64,000 bases of DNA, from positions 36,407,126 to 36,471,125 of the forward strand of contig JAHRHZ010000021.1 in assembly GCA_024137785.1 (NCBI GenBank), read 5' to 3'. This DNA is from Ginglymostoma cirratum (Eukaryota). Of the stretch, positions 26,721 through 39,410 are shown piece after piece (position 1 is the stretch's first letter; each line of letters starts with the position of its first letter). The notes below the pieces were generated by a model. That model saw nothing but the letters and a program-made list of their open reading frames with translations. It was not told the DNA's origin and made no database searches. The position numbers and the translations under genes were made by a program.

Positions 26721-26934
26721 ATTCTTCAGTGAGAACACATTCTTCAGTGAGAATTCAGAGAAGAACGGTGAGGAGAACAACGAGGCAAAGCAACAGCAAG
26801 CATCACAGGCAGACCCTGAGCATACATGTAACTAGGGGCATGTGCTCCTGAAACTCAGGAGGTTCTAATCTAGTGATGCTTCACAGAACAAAGAAATGTC
26901 TGTGGAACTTCATTTGAAAGGGTTTCTTCCCAGA

Positions 26935-27504
26935 CAGGTAAAGCTCTTTGATAACAAGCATGGGGCTGGATGAACACAGCAGGTCAAGCAGCATCATAGG
27001 AGCAGGAAAACTTGAGGGTTTAGGCCCNNNNNNNNNNNNNNNNNNNNNNNNNNNNNNNNNNNNNNNNNNNNNNNNNNNNNNNNNNNNNNNNNNNNNNNNN
27101 NNNNNNNNNNNNNNNNNNNNNNNNNNNNNNNNNNNNNNNNNNNNNNNNNNNNNNNNNNNNNNNNNNNNNNNNNNNNNNNNNNNNNNNNNNNNNNNNNNNN
27201 NNNNNNNNNNNNNNNNNNNNNNNNNNNNNNNNNNNNNNNNNNNNNNNNNNNNNNNNNNNNNNNNNNNNNNNNNNNNNNNNNNNNNNNNNNNNNNNNNNNN
27301 NNNNNNNNNNNNNNNNNNNNNNNNNNNNNNNNNNNNNNNNNNNNNNNNNNNNNNNNNNNNNNNNNNNNNNNNNNNNNNNNNNNNNNNNNNNNNNNNNNNN
27401 NNNNNNNNNNNNNNNNNNNNNNNNNNNTGTTCATCCAGCCCCATGCTTGTTATCTCGGATTCTCCAGCATCTGCAGTACCTTTTTATCTCAGGTAAAGCT
27501 CTTT
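26935..27504 (+). mobile_element. Palindromic Penelope-like insertion (family A) spanning an assembly gap
   Basis: Family A left and right arms lie on either side of the Ns. TSD caggtaaagctcttt at 26935-26949 / 27490-27504. Confidence 0.85.
27028..27427. other. Assembly gap (400 N)
   Basis: Run of N. Confidence 1.
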
Positions 27505-29139
27505 CACCATTTTAAAACTTCCCTCACTGGGAAACCTTCACAAGTAGGCCACTTAAAATAACAGCCTGTCATACACTAAATCAGTATGTCATATTGTAGT
27601 GGAATCCCTTTAATCAAAATCAAATACATCCAAAACCATACATCCTATTGAAATCCATTCAAGGTCAAAATAAAGTATTAGAAAAAGTCAGTAGATATCT
27701 GCAACACATCACAAGTAATGATGTCTTATATGTGCTAACCAAATTTTCTTAAATGTTATCCACCCGCCAGGCTTTAGTATTGCTCCACTACTGCCAACAG
27801 AGCTGGATGCAGGCTGTTGAAGCTTGCCTGTAACGGCATTGGCAAGTTTTGTCTAGTGCCAGAAATCCATTTCCATTCAGTTTTTTTTTCATGATTTGTT
27901 GTTACTAACTTGTTTTTAGGTAGGCTAAATCTAATTGCCAGATCTAAAAATATAAGATAAAAATATTTCTCTCTTCGTCCAACAGCTTTAGATCTATAGA
28001 TCTATCTTATTAATGTCATTTGTCAAGGTAAGGTTTATAATTGGACATGGCAGTTTCTTCTGATACTTTTGCACAACTCTCACAACTTTCTGTAGTCTCT
28101 TCTATTAGCTTTGGATACAGTTCATGGGACTCTCCTTCTCAATCTCACTGCTTGTCTGGTATGGTGACCCTCAGGTTAAACCACTACCGGTCAGTTTGTC
28201 TCTAATGAGAGAGTAACCCACTGGTCCACTAGGACTTTGGTGACTTTTGCACTTCATCAACAATGTCTGCATTTTTAGTAGGATTTTCGAACGTTTAAGT
28301 AGTTAAATTGTCTATGTAACCTTAAAGCAACATGCTTCTTTCTTCCTGATTCTTATTACCTTATGCTATTGCTATTTTCTAACAATGCTAAAAACATAAG
28401 GTTTTGTTAGGTGAATACAGTAATGTGTGACTAGGGGAACTACAGATTGACTGGCTTTCAAAAAATAGTTATTTTATTACATTTCATATTAAGTTTCATT
28501 TGTGCCTTTTTCATAGAAAGCCTAGTTAAAAGTGCCTCACCCTAACTATTTACATAAAAATTACAACTCCCTTTAGTGACTCAATGTGCAATTATTTTTA
28601 TCGAGTACTGATCCTCACTGCTTAATGAATTAAAATAATAATATTATTATTAATATTATTAGTAATACTAATATTATTAGTTAAAATAATATTTTTACTA
28701 ATCCACATACTATCAAACTTCAAGCACAATCTCATACTGCATAGTTAAAAAAAGTCTGCATTAATACATTCATCACAAGACTAAAACTCCTTGAGGCCTG
28801 TATATCTTCTTCACGTGAATCTTTATTTTCATCCTCTTCCTCAGAATTTCTGTCATCTTGTGTAATTTCAAGAACTCTGCTTTGGTCAGTTCAGTACATA
28901 ATGATACTTTCCAATGTATCTGAAACTCCACTTAACAGTTTCTTGGACATTGTTTAATCATTGACCTATTCCTGTTCTAATTTTGTCTTCAGTGCTAATA
29001 GCCTGATTTATTAAACATGCTTTCATCCTCATTCTGCCTGTCTCTATTCTTTTCATTGTATTGCCCACCTCCATCTGGAGGTGGTATCTGGACCATTTCA
29101 AAAGTAAAAGTAAAACATGTTAATTATATGGCTATGTAT

Positions 29140-29702
29140 AAAAGCAACATCCTGGGGAGTACCAGTGACCAGAAACTAAACTGGATGAAGCATGTAAATA
29201 CTGTGGCTGCAAGAGTAGGCCAGAACCTAGGAATTCTGCAGCAAATAACTTGCCTCTTGACTCCTTAAAGCCTTGTTACTATCTACAAAACACTTGTCAG
29301 GTATGTGATAAAATACTCCTCCGTTACCTAGTTCAGTTCCAACAATGCTCAAAAAACTCAGCACTGCCTAGGACAAAGCAGCTGCTTGATTTGGCACTCC
29401 CAACTAAAACCTTCAACATTCATTCCTTCCACATAGATGTACAGTGACAGCATTGTGTAACATCTACAAAATGAACCGCACCAACTCCTCTTGAACAGCA
29501 CTGGCCAAATCCACAAACTCTACTACCTAGAAAGAAAGAGGCAGCCAACAAATGGCAATCCCATGATCTGCATGTTGCCCCCCCAAACTATGTTCCATCT
29601 TGACTTGGAACAATATCACAGTTCTTTGGATCTACATTCTGTAACTCCCTTCATAGTGGCACTGAGGGACTATAGCAGTTCAAGGAGGCAGCTCATCACC
29701 TG
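29140..29702 (+). mobile_element. CR1/L2-like LINE 3' fragment
   Basis: NILGSTSDQKLNWMKHVNTVAARVGQNLGILQ is an RT thumb segment, homologous to 37810-38450 and 40940-42830. Confidence 0.75.
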
Positions 29703-30732
29703 TGGTTTATCTGCTGTTTACAGAAAGTCCGTGACTTTGGAGAAGTAGGTCCTTATTGTCCTTAATTGCTGGAAGACTTGGCTTTGGAAAAACTATTGGG
29801 TCCTCAATGTTAATGATTCTGGACTTAGTTTTCTGTTTTACAGACTGAAGTAGAGTAAAGAAGAAACCCCATGATCTGCAAATGCCTCCTACTCTCTTTC
29901 CATAGAAGTTTTGGGAGCTTGATAAAGTTTCCAAATATCTGTAGAAGCCTTGAAAAGCTGACCTGTGGTCACTTTCCAAAGACTTGGATCCAGTTTGGTT
30001 TCAATCTGAAGATTTTCTATTAGTTTAAGGCTGCCTGCAACTTAATTTTGTCAACAGGAAACCTGGTGGACTATAAAAAAATCAAGTTCTATCTTTAGTT
30101 TCCAACATGGTGTTTTCTCTCTTGACCTTTTCTAAGAAAATCATCATCTCTCTGAAAACTTTTGTGCGTGTGTGTGTCTGCGTGGGAGGTTAAGGTGGTA
30201 TTGTTCTAATTCTGGATTAAAATATGTATGTTAACCAGTATTTACCACTTGTTCTAAGAAAAAAACTGGTGTTATAATAAATTAATTATTTAGAGTTCCT
30301 TAAAGGTGAGAGTCTCTTTCATACTGGTGGTAGTAGAATTAGCAGTTTGATTTTGAATTAGTAGTAGTAGTTTGAATCAATATATACTAATGGTGCAACC
30401 TGGTGGATCTTGATTATCAGCACATTCCTTCTGTCACTATTGGGTGACAAGAAATAACAAGAAATATTTTGAAAAGGAAATGCCTGTAGACACAGAAATA
30501 ATAAACAAAATATTAAAGCAAAGATAGGACCACTGAAGAAGGAGCAAGTTAAAGTCACAGGTAATTAAACAGAGGTGACAGTCATGTTGAATAACTGCTT
30601 CACTTCAGTTTTATTGATGAAACAGATACGATATTAGATGATGATCTTAAAAAGAGCATTCATGTTGTTGGATTTGACAAACTAGTAAAACTTATAAAGG
30701 ATCAGATCCCAGGTGTGGATGGAATGCACCCG

Positions 30733-33110
30733 TATTAACAACCCAAATCAAGGATCTCATAGTCAATAAGATCCACCTCCTTCTAATAACACTGCATCAC
30801 CACCCCCACCCCCCACCTCTGAAGTCCACGAATGTAGGCCTGGTCTTTCTGAGATAGGTTTGCTGCGACGATTTCGCTCCAGGTCAGGTTCCTCCGCCAT
30901 GGGCAGCATGTACTTGACTGTAGCCCATCACTTGTGCCCGGAGTGTCTCAGGTGAATTTTCTCCGTTTCCTCCTCTTCTTCCAGCAATAACAGTATTGAG
31001 GCTGCATCCATCTCAGACTCTGAGATTTCCTTGACACTAGACAGAGGGGAAGAACCCATAGTTTCTGACAAGCCTTCTGGCTGTTCTGAGAGGCCGAGTA
31101 AGATTTGCTCCTGCCCCTTTTATGAGGTAGCAGTTTTCATGTGATTTACATGTTTGTTCAGGACTGCCACAGCTACCTGAACTTCGTAAGTCACGGGACC
31201 TGGTCTCATGTTGACCTCACCTCGTACCCATACAGGGCCATTTCCATTGTTCCAGCACCAAACTTCGTCCGCTGAAAATATTGTCTCTCTTGCTTAGAGG
31301 AAGCATGTGGCCAACATTGGCATTCTTTTCACCATTACCCTCCCCACCCCCCCAACCCTGGGTCCAGGAATGTCAGATTTAACCTGGTGCAGAGTCTTCT
31401 CACCATCAGCCACTCTGCTGGAGCTGTCCCTGTGGTTGCGCAAGGGGCAATCTTATAATTGAACAGGAACTGGGACTGTTTGGTATCAAGTGAAGCTGTA
31501 GGCTGTTTTTTTTTAAGCCTGCCTTCAACATTCAGACCGCTCTTTCTGTTAGACCATTGGATGATGGGTGGAATGGAGCTGTTTGAACATGCCAAGTGCT
31601 ATTGGACTTTAGGAAATACTCAAATTCCCTGCTGGTAAATGACATCCCATTGTCCATGATCAATACTTCCGGGAGTCTGTATTGCCATCGATGTTGGTAG
31701 CTTTTCAACCATCATCCCTGAATTTGCCAAATGAACCCGATGCACATGCACAATGATCAGGAACATTGAGCCCATGAAACGACTGGCATAGTTGACATAC
31801 AGCCAAGTCCAGGGTCTACCTGGCCATTCCCACGAATGTGGGGGCTTTACTGGCAGCAATTTTTTATCTTGTTGGCACTCTGGGCACTGCCCCACCATTG
31901 TAGCTATGTCACCATCCAACCCTGCCAACCAGACATAACTTCTCGTTAAGATTTTCATTTTGGAACCCCCTGGATGACTCTGATGGAGTTCTGGCAGTAT
32001 CTGGCAGCGACCTTTATGCAAGACATTGCTCTCACTCCTAATTGTAATATGGTATCCTCTACAGTGACCTGGTCTCACCGGGTCTAGAAAGGTTTCAATC
32101 CTGGTTGTTATGACTCTTCTGTTTCCCTGATTACCACCAGCTGTTTTTCGTAGGAGACCACAACCAAAGTTATACCCTTATTTTGTAACTGTTCCCCAGT
32201 GTATGTTCTCAGCCTGGCCGAAGTCTTGCACAAACTTAACAGCTGGAGTCCAGAGCTAAAGTTGTTAAAAACAGGTTCAGTGACCACAAATACAGACCAC
32301 CAGTATCAGCCTCCATGAGAACTTGGTGACCATTTAACAAGATGTTAATTTGAATTGGTTCTGATTTAGATGTTGCTAAGCAATTTAATTTTTCCAACCC
32401 ACATGTAGGTAGACTTTCCAGGATGTGCACTTTCCTGGATACCAGCCTATGAGTTTTCTTACTCAAATCAGGCCTTGTGGGACCCTTTTGCTGTCTCAAG
32501 TCCAAGTGCCAGCAGCAACTACAGTGGCTTGCCGACCAAGATCCTGAAGAACATTTTAACCACTTGACCAAGGCTCAGCTTTGTTGTGGGGTCACTCTGC
32601 TCAGGATATGCTCTGCGTGAGGCTCTACGATTGCCTATACTCATGTGGTGTTCCCTGATCTCAATCAGACAGCTAAGGGTGTTCACTTCTGTTGCGATGC
32701 CCTGTAGCTCCCTTGCTCCACATGCCACATTTTCCAATGACAGAGCCAATTGTCGTACTGGTTTGAAATCCAGGTGGGTGTTAGCTAGTAGGCAGTTTTA
32801 CATGGTTACGTCATTAATCCCTCCTACCAAACGGTCTCTCAGCTTCTCATTCAGGATTAACCCAAAATCATTTGCCTTTGCCAGTCATCTTAATCTTGCC
32901 ACAAATAACTGTACAGAGGCTGGTACCCCATCACCAAGTCACCCTTTGTTTGCATTTACACAGTACATTGGCTGTGGTCAGCCAGCTCGGAGTCAGTTAC
33001 TGAAGTGAGGAGATTCTGAATGCCTTGTTTATATCTGTCAGCCAGGGCTCCCTGATTGGCCCAAGTTAACAAGCCCAATCAAGGATCTCATAGCCAATAA
33101 GATCCACCAA
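30733..33110 (-). mobile_element. Internally deleted Gypsy LTR retrotransposon
   Basis: Direct repeat (aatcaaggatctcatag.caataagatccacc) at ~30745-30776 and ~33077-33108. Polypurine tract on - at ~30800-30816. Aspartic protease motif MEADTG (ORF 32236-32571). Integrase HHCC region LHQSHPG...MKILTRSYVW...CPECQ (ORF 31620-32078). No RT was seen. Confidence 0.88.
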
Positions 33111-34007
33111 AATGTAAATCACAGCAAAATGTAAATCAGAAGCACAGATGTATCAGGTGAACAAGACTCGTTGCACATAAGAATGTGCGCAGTAGAATTT
33201 TGAATGATCTCAAGTTTATGGGAGATAGAATGTGGGAGACCAGCGCAAATAGTAGTCAATATGCTAAGGCAGACACAAAGTAGTGGAATGTTATGGCGGT
33301 GAAAGTAAGTAGTTTTAACAATGGTATAAATTGAAGGTTAGGAGCTCACCTTAGGGTCAAATGTGACATTGATTGATTAAGTCTCTGACTGTTGTTGGGG
33401 TAAGGGTTAGAATCAGTAACTAGAGAATAGTTTGGAGTGGGAACCAAAACCAATAGCCTCATCTTGCCAATATGCAGTTGGAGGACACTTCTGCTCATAC
33501 ATTGCAATGTTGGATAAATAGGCTGATAATTTAGCAGTATTGGAGACTCAAGAGAGTTAGTGACTGTACAGAATATAAAGTTGTCACTGATGATGTCAAT
33601 ATACACATGAAAGCTAGTGCTGTGTTTTCAGACGATGTCACTTACTATAAGTGCAAGATAGTTTCTAATAAATCCAGTGAAGAAATTTGTAAAGCACCAA
33701 TTTGGTGAGCTGTGATAAAGTTTCGTGGCTCTTGGCCAGGATTTTGGAACAAAGACAACATAGGATTCGATGTGGAGTAATAAAGGATAAACACCAGGCT
33801 TTGAAATGAAAAAGGTGGCATTAGAAGCTGCTTATTCCAAACTGTAGCTGGAATTGCTTTCCCTGATGGACTTTTAAAATGATAACAAAATTGAATCGAG
33901 TATAAAAAACAGAATAGACTGGTTGGCCTAAGTGATCTGTTTCTTTGCTGCATGTTTAGGAAATTTTATGTACCATTTAAAGGTCATGTTTTGGTTATTC
34001 GTTTCAG

Positions 34008-34088
34008 GAAAGAAGAACAGAAGTAAAATGGTAACAGCAAGTACGGTAGTAAGTGTTACTGTGAGCAAAAGGATGGCCATTGCAGCAG
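34008..34088 (+). CDS. CACNA2D4: CACNA2D4 internal coding exon
   Basis: gtttcag|GA...G|gtagga, 81 nt, phase 1 to 1. GKKNRSKMVTASTVVSVTVSKRMAIAA matches VVTASTAVAVTVDKRTAIAA. Confidence 0.95.
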
Positions 34089-34430
34089 GTAGGAAATCTT
34101 TGATTAAAACTATAATTAAATTTGACTTTACAATACCAAATATTCTCACTTTTGTTGTCAATAACTTCTTGTTATGAGATTTTTATTCAGAATAATTACA
34201 TTTACCAAAATTTATCTTGTGTACCTTGTCATTTGTATGCTCAAGAGAAATTGTCATAATTCACATAATAATTTTAAAAACAGATTCTCATTAAATTGTT
34301 TCAAACTCTTACACCTAAATTTCACAAATTATTAGGAGTGAATCAACAATACTGTATACTTTGCTCTAACAGAACACCAGGTCAAGTTGGCTTTCTCTAC
34401 ACATTGTGTCACTTGCGGAAGTATTTTCTC

Positions 34431-34722
34431 AACATAGAACATAGAACAATACAGCACAGTACAGGCCCTTCGGCCCACGATGTAGTGCTGACTTATATTC
34501 CTACTAAGATCAGACTACCTGCATACCCTGCATTTTACTATCCTCCATGTGCTCATTCAAGAGTCGCTTAAAAGTCTCTGAAGTATCTGACTCTGCTACC
34601 GCTGCTGGCAGAGTGTTCCACACGGCCACCACTCTCTGTGTAAAGAACCTACCTCTGACATCTCCCCTATACCTTCCTCCAATCATCTTAGAATTATATC
34701 CCCTCGTAATTGTCATTTCCAC
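34431..34722 (-). mobile_element. CR1 LINE 3' end
   Basis: TRGYNSKMIGGRYRGDVRGRFFTQRVVAVWNTLP, followed by a gttctatgttctatgtt tail. Confidence 0.9.
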
Positions 34723-36559
34723 CAACTTATGTGATTTGACCTGGGCTGATTGGAGAAGTATGAAATTCTGAAAATAATGAACAAATCAGTTGTGTGTGTT
34801 AACTGTAGATTTTAAGGGTGAGCCTATTGATTTGTCTAGATTATTAATAATTGTTTAGTTGAAAAGTTAACCAGAGATTTTTCTTTCCAGTAGAATTATC
34901 ATCTATTGGATTTGTTTCAGTGAACCTTGTGTGATCTGGTATTGAACTGTGTTCTAGATCTAAAACCTAGAGTTTCTCAATTGGTTTTACCTAATCTGAG
35001 CCCAACTGTGCACCATCAGTCACAGTGCCTAAACAAAGCACCGGCCAGTCTTTTGAAAAAGAAAAAAAATGCTTCTTGGTATCCTGTACCCATTTTTAAA
35101 AATTTTCTCCCATTGCATTATAAAACTGACATCTGGGAAGTGAAGATTTAAGAATAAAAGAGACAACATGACCACTGCTGACATCTCAGATGACATGAAA
35201 TGAGATAATGGTCAGGCTAAATATAAGAGAGTGATAAACGACAACAATAGTTAATAATGCCTACAAAGCCTCAGAGTAACATTGACAAAGCCTGTTTAAT
35301 TCTGAAGAAAATGAGCAAAAGAATGTGTATGTCAGCTGGAATGCTGAAACTGGAAACTGTGAATTAACAATGCAAAGGTAAGAATAAATACTACAGACTC
35401 AGACAGGAAGAACAGAGTTAACACATGACTATAGAACAAAAGAAACAGTAACATCACAAAACAGAGGAAGAAAACCAGTATGCACACGCTCTTAAATTGG
35501 CCTAGACTGTACAGTTCATTTAGTCATTACTCTGTAGGGAGTAATTTGCTAAATATCAGGGGACCCAGATTCTGTAATTTTAAGGGAAAATGGGAGTGAT
35601 CAGTGAATTTTATCCATGACAGAAATGTAGGAAGAAACAAAAATCCTGCCTGAAAATGCTGAAAGACAGCTTGCAAAATACTGTTGTTATCATGAATCTA
35701 TCTATGTTCTAATGCTTCAGCTTCTTTTGGTGCTTAGGTGTTCCCTGAGTTTCAGGGATGCTGGTGGTGATTGACTATTGTGTGGTGCCACTTTTTTTTC
35801 TCACCAAGGATTCGGGCTTTCGAATCTTGGAATAACTCTTCAAAGGGGTATTACAGGACTGAGGGAAGTTTTGTTCTGCAGAGATGATATGTACCTAGAG
35901 GTGTTTTACTTTACTGTTGCAGGAAGCATTAGAGAGCTTCTTAGTTTTCTCCATCTGTTTATCCTTGACACCATAGCCTGACTACCTTCTTTCCCACTTT
36001 AAAATAGACAATTCCTCAATCCATTCCCCATTATACCACATCAGCCATCAGCCTACTTTGCCTAGTCATGACTGTGCCTATAATCATTACCTGAATGAAT
36101 AGGTCAGCATCTCCACATGCAATAAAGAGCTATGCCAGTGCATTGCCTATATTAATGCAAGAATTATAAAACTGCAGCTACTCTCTTAGTTACTACCAGC
36201 TGCTTCCAATGGCCAAAGTGGGGTGCACAAGATGTAAAGCACCAGGACCTGTACTCTAGGAAGGGAGGTGGGGAGGTTGGATGGTATGGGGGGAGGGGTT
36301 CAAGCAAAAATTTCCACGTATGTGATGCCAACAAATTCTCCTTTTTTTATGTTAAAGTATTTTTGCACTGCTGCATGTTAAGTGTACCTCTGGGACAATC
36401 TTAGGTAATTAAAGTTCTTGTTGATTTCTACATGCAAGTTTTCAAAATTTGACATCTCCCTGTCTTTGAATAGAGGAGTGTGTGGTTTAACTAGGGAGGC
36501 AACATTAGCAGCCTTCTCCTCAGCCTCTGCTGGAAAGATGTTACATTTCAATCCACTTT

Positions 36560-37612
36560 TTGTTTCTCAAGTTCGATGCATGAACAGAATATTAAGAGGA
36601 TTCATCCATATTTTGAGGCAAAACTGAAGGCTAACTAATAGAAGACAGAGAGTTGAGATAAAGATGTCATTTTCAGGATTGCAACCTGTAACTAGTGGAG
36701 TGCCACAGGGATCAGTGATGGGACAATTGTTTACAATATACATTAATGACAGTGCATTGACTTCCATCAACAATCATGACATTTGCGTACAAACCAAAAG
36801 TAGGTGGCAAGGTAAGTAATGAGGATGATACAGGTTAAGTGAGTGGATAAAAGCTTTGCAGATGGACTATAACGTGGGAAAATGTGAAGTTATGCACTTT
36901 TGTAGGAGAATAGAAGAGCTCAACTTTTTTTTAAATGAAGAAAGACTACAGAAAGCTGCAGCACAGAGATATTTAGAGGCCATTTTTATAAGCCACAAAA
37001 AAGCTAGCATCCAAGTCCAGCAGATAATAGGGAAGGCAAATGGACTGTCAGCTTAATTTCAAAGGGAATGGAGTATAAAACAATGTAAGACACTAGTCAG
37101 ACCACTCCTGGAATACTGTGAACAGTTTTGGACCCCTCATCTAAGGAAAGAGATATCGGCACCGGTGACAGTCCACAGAATGTTACATTGATTGATCCTA
37201 ATTATGGAGGGACTATTTAATGAGGAGGGGTTGAGTTCATTGGGCCTGTGCTCATTGGAGTTCAGAAGAATGAGAGGTGACCTTATTGAAACATATAAGA
37301 TTCTTAGGGACTTGAGAAGGTAGATGTGGAAAGGTTGTTTGCTTTGTGGGAAAGTCTAGAACCAGAGGACATAATCTGAGAATAAGGAGTTGCACATTTA
37401 AAACAAATATGAGGAATTTTCCCCCTCAGTGGACAATCAATCTGTTCAATTCTTTACCATGGAAGGCTTTAGAGGGTGTGTCATTAAGTATTGTCAAGGC
37501 TGAAATAGATTTTTAATCAGTAAGAGAATCAAGGTTATGGGGGAAGGGTAGTAAAATGATGTTGAGGATCAGTATATCAGCCCTGATCTCATTAAATGAC
37601 TAAATGGCTTTA
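36560..37612 (+). mobile_element. CR1 LINE RT fragment to the 3' end
   Basis: VTSGVPQGSVMGQLFTIYIND and QMDYNVGKCEVMHF motifs. Confidence 0.88.
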
Positions 37613-37809
37613 TCTTATTGTCTCATGGTTACAATGAGATATTGTACTTTTTAAATAGAGGCACCACAAGGTCAACATGTGGAGCATGGACATATGTGTC
37701 AAAGAAGAAGAGACTATTCTGGAGGAAGAGTGTACAGGCAGTGCTCCAATTACCTTCAAATTACTTATTGTCAGAGCCACATAAGGCAACAACTCTGTAA
37801 GGAATAAAC

Positions 37810-38450
37810 CCCATCTGCAATATGATTTCAGGAGATAAAAGTTCCAACTGTGTGGGTCACCATCAAATATGGTGGAATGCCACCATAAAACTGAGCTGGA
37901 TCAGCTCGATAAATATAGTGGATACAAAATCAGGCTGGCAGTTCTGAGGTGAGTAATGTACCTCCTGACTGTTCAAAGTCTGTCCTTAAAGCACAAGTCA
38001 GGATTGTAATGGAATTCCCTCCACTTGCCTGAATGAGTGAAGCTCCAATAATACACAAGAAGCTTTACATCTTCCAGAATAAAACAGCCCACTTGATTGG
38101 CACCCATCCCCTATCGCCAGCGCTCTCCACCATTAGACTAACTGCAGAGTCTAATAACTGCAAGATGAACATCAGCAACTCACTGAGGCTACTTCCAAAA
38201 TCAAAGCCTCTCTCACCTAGAAAGACAAGTGCAGCAGGTACATGAGAATACCACATTCTGGAAGTTGATCTCCACACCACACACCATCCTGACTTGGAAC
38301 TGTATTGTTGTTCCTTCACTGCTACTGAGCCAAAACCCTGGAATTCACTCACAGCAGTGACACACACAACATGGATTGTGGTGATTTAGGAAGACAGCAG
38401 CCTACCACCACCCTTTTAAGGAATGCCACATCCAGCAAATAAATAAAGGC
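37810..38450 (+). mobile_element. CR1/L2-like LINE 3' fragment
   Basis: Homologous to the reverse complement of 40940-41500. Ends ...gccacatccagcaaataaataaa. Confidence 0.7.
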
Positions 38451-39300
38451 TTGAAAACCTCATAATATTCAAACCACAACTATATCAACCAGACTTTACC
38501 CAGCAATTACCCACTTGCAGCTTGTAGGAAGAAGGAGTCTGGTATCATTTACTGACAGCCTGGAAGATGGTATCCAGGAATTCATCATTAAACCATTGTG
38601 TTGTCCTTTCACTGTATAAAGTTCTGTTCTTCAAGGCTCCCAGTGAATTAGTACACAGTGAATTAAGCACAATGGAGTAACAGGATCACTATCGGTCTGA
38701 TGCCTACAGCTGCCCTTTACTGCCTTCCTTTGCAGTGACTTCTACCTTCTCCTCTAGCAACTGTCTCAAGTAAAATATAACTGCCGTTGTTTATTTAAAT
38801 GTCTGACTGGCAATTGCTTCCATATATGAGTCCATCCCCATTGCTAAGGCCACTGTTGGTTTTTCTGATGTGAGAATTTCTACTAGCTGACTGTTACTAG
38901 GCTGGGTAATGCCTGATGGATGCAGAAAGACAGTACTGGGTTAAAATGAACATTATGCCCAATTCTGTTTCAACACTTATGACCTACTGGCTCCCTGTTA
39001 AGTTCTGCTTTTATGATTCCCTGACTTTGTGAATCACCCAATAGCAAATCTTTATTGCTATAAATTCCATCCAGGTGAGTACAACATGGAAAGGTGATGG
39101 CATTTTAGTGCTGCTCTTAATTATTATTATTATCATATATGGTGGAGAAAGAAGATGGCGCTTAGGCCAGTTATGATTTTTTAAATAAATCTTCAGTAAA
39201 GATTAAAATTTTACTAAGTTGTCAATTTCATGACATTCGTTAGCACATTTGCCTGCATTTATGAGGTTGTTGAGTTGCTCGCCAAGCTGGCTTGTTTTTG

Positions 39301-39342
39301 TTCAGACGTTTCCTCACCATACTAGGTGACATCATCAGTGAA
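39301..39342 (-). ncRNA. Minimal type I hammerhead ribozyme motif
   Basis: The - strand reads uuca-CUGAUGA-u-gucacc-uaguau-ggugag-GAAAC-GUC-ugaa, with a 4-bp stem I, full core, stem II and GUC triplet. Confidence 0.75.
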
Positions 39343-39368
39343 GCCTACGATGAAATTTCATTGGAGGC

Positions 39369-39410
39369 TCCACTGATGATGTCACCTAGCATAGTGATGA
39401 AATGTCTGAA
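39369..39410 (+). ncRNA. Minimal hammerhead motif, degenerate second copy
   Basis: ucca-CUGAUGA-u-gucacc-uagcau-agugau-GAAAU-GUC-ugaa. Confidence 0.6.

Noticed and set aside
26719-26755. Tandem duplication acattcttcagtgagaa
   Set aside because: Only two copies, next to a SINE end. It is a local duplication, not an array or CRISPR.
26881-27496. Long ORFs of 146-187 aa in the ORF track
   Set aside because: Artefacts of translating through the N gap.
28628-28702. AT-rich quasi-palindrome
   Set aside because: Low-complexity (aat/att)n sequence in which symmetry is expected by chance.
28760-28960. Acidic peptide-like frame on the - strand (DDRNSEEEDENKDSREED)
   Set aside because: Contains an in-frame stop, has no convincing splice sites and matches no recognisable family.
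33928-34177. ORFs overlapping the 81-nt exon, including a hydrophobic antisense ORF
   Set aside because: The + ORF is the CACNA2D4 exon read through intron, and the - ORF is its antisense shadow.
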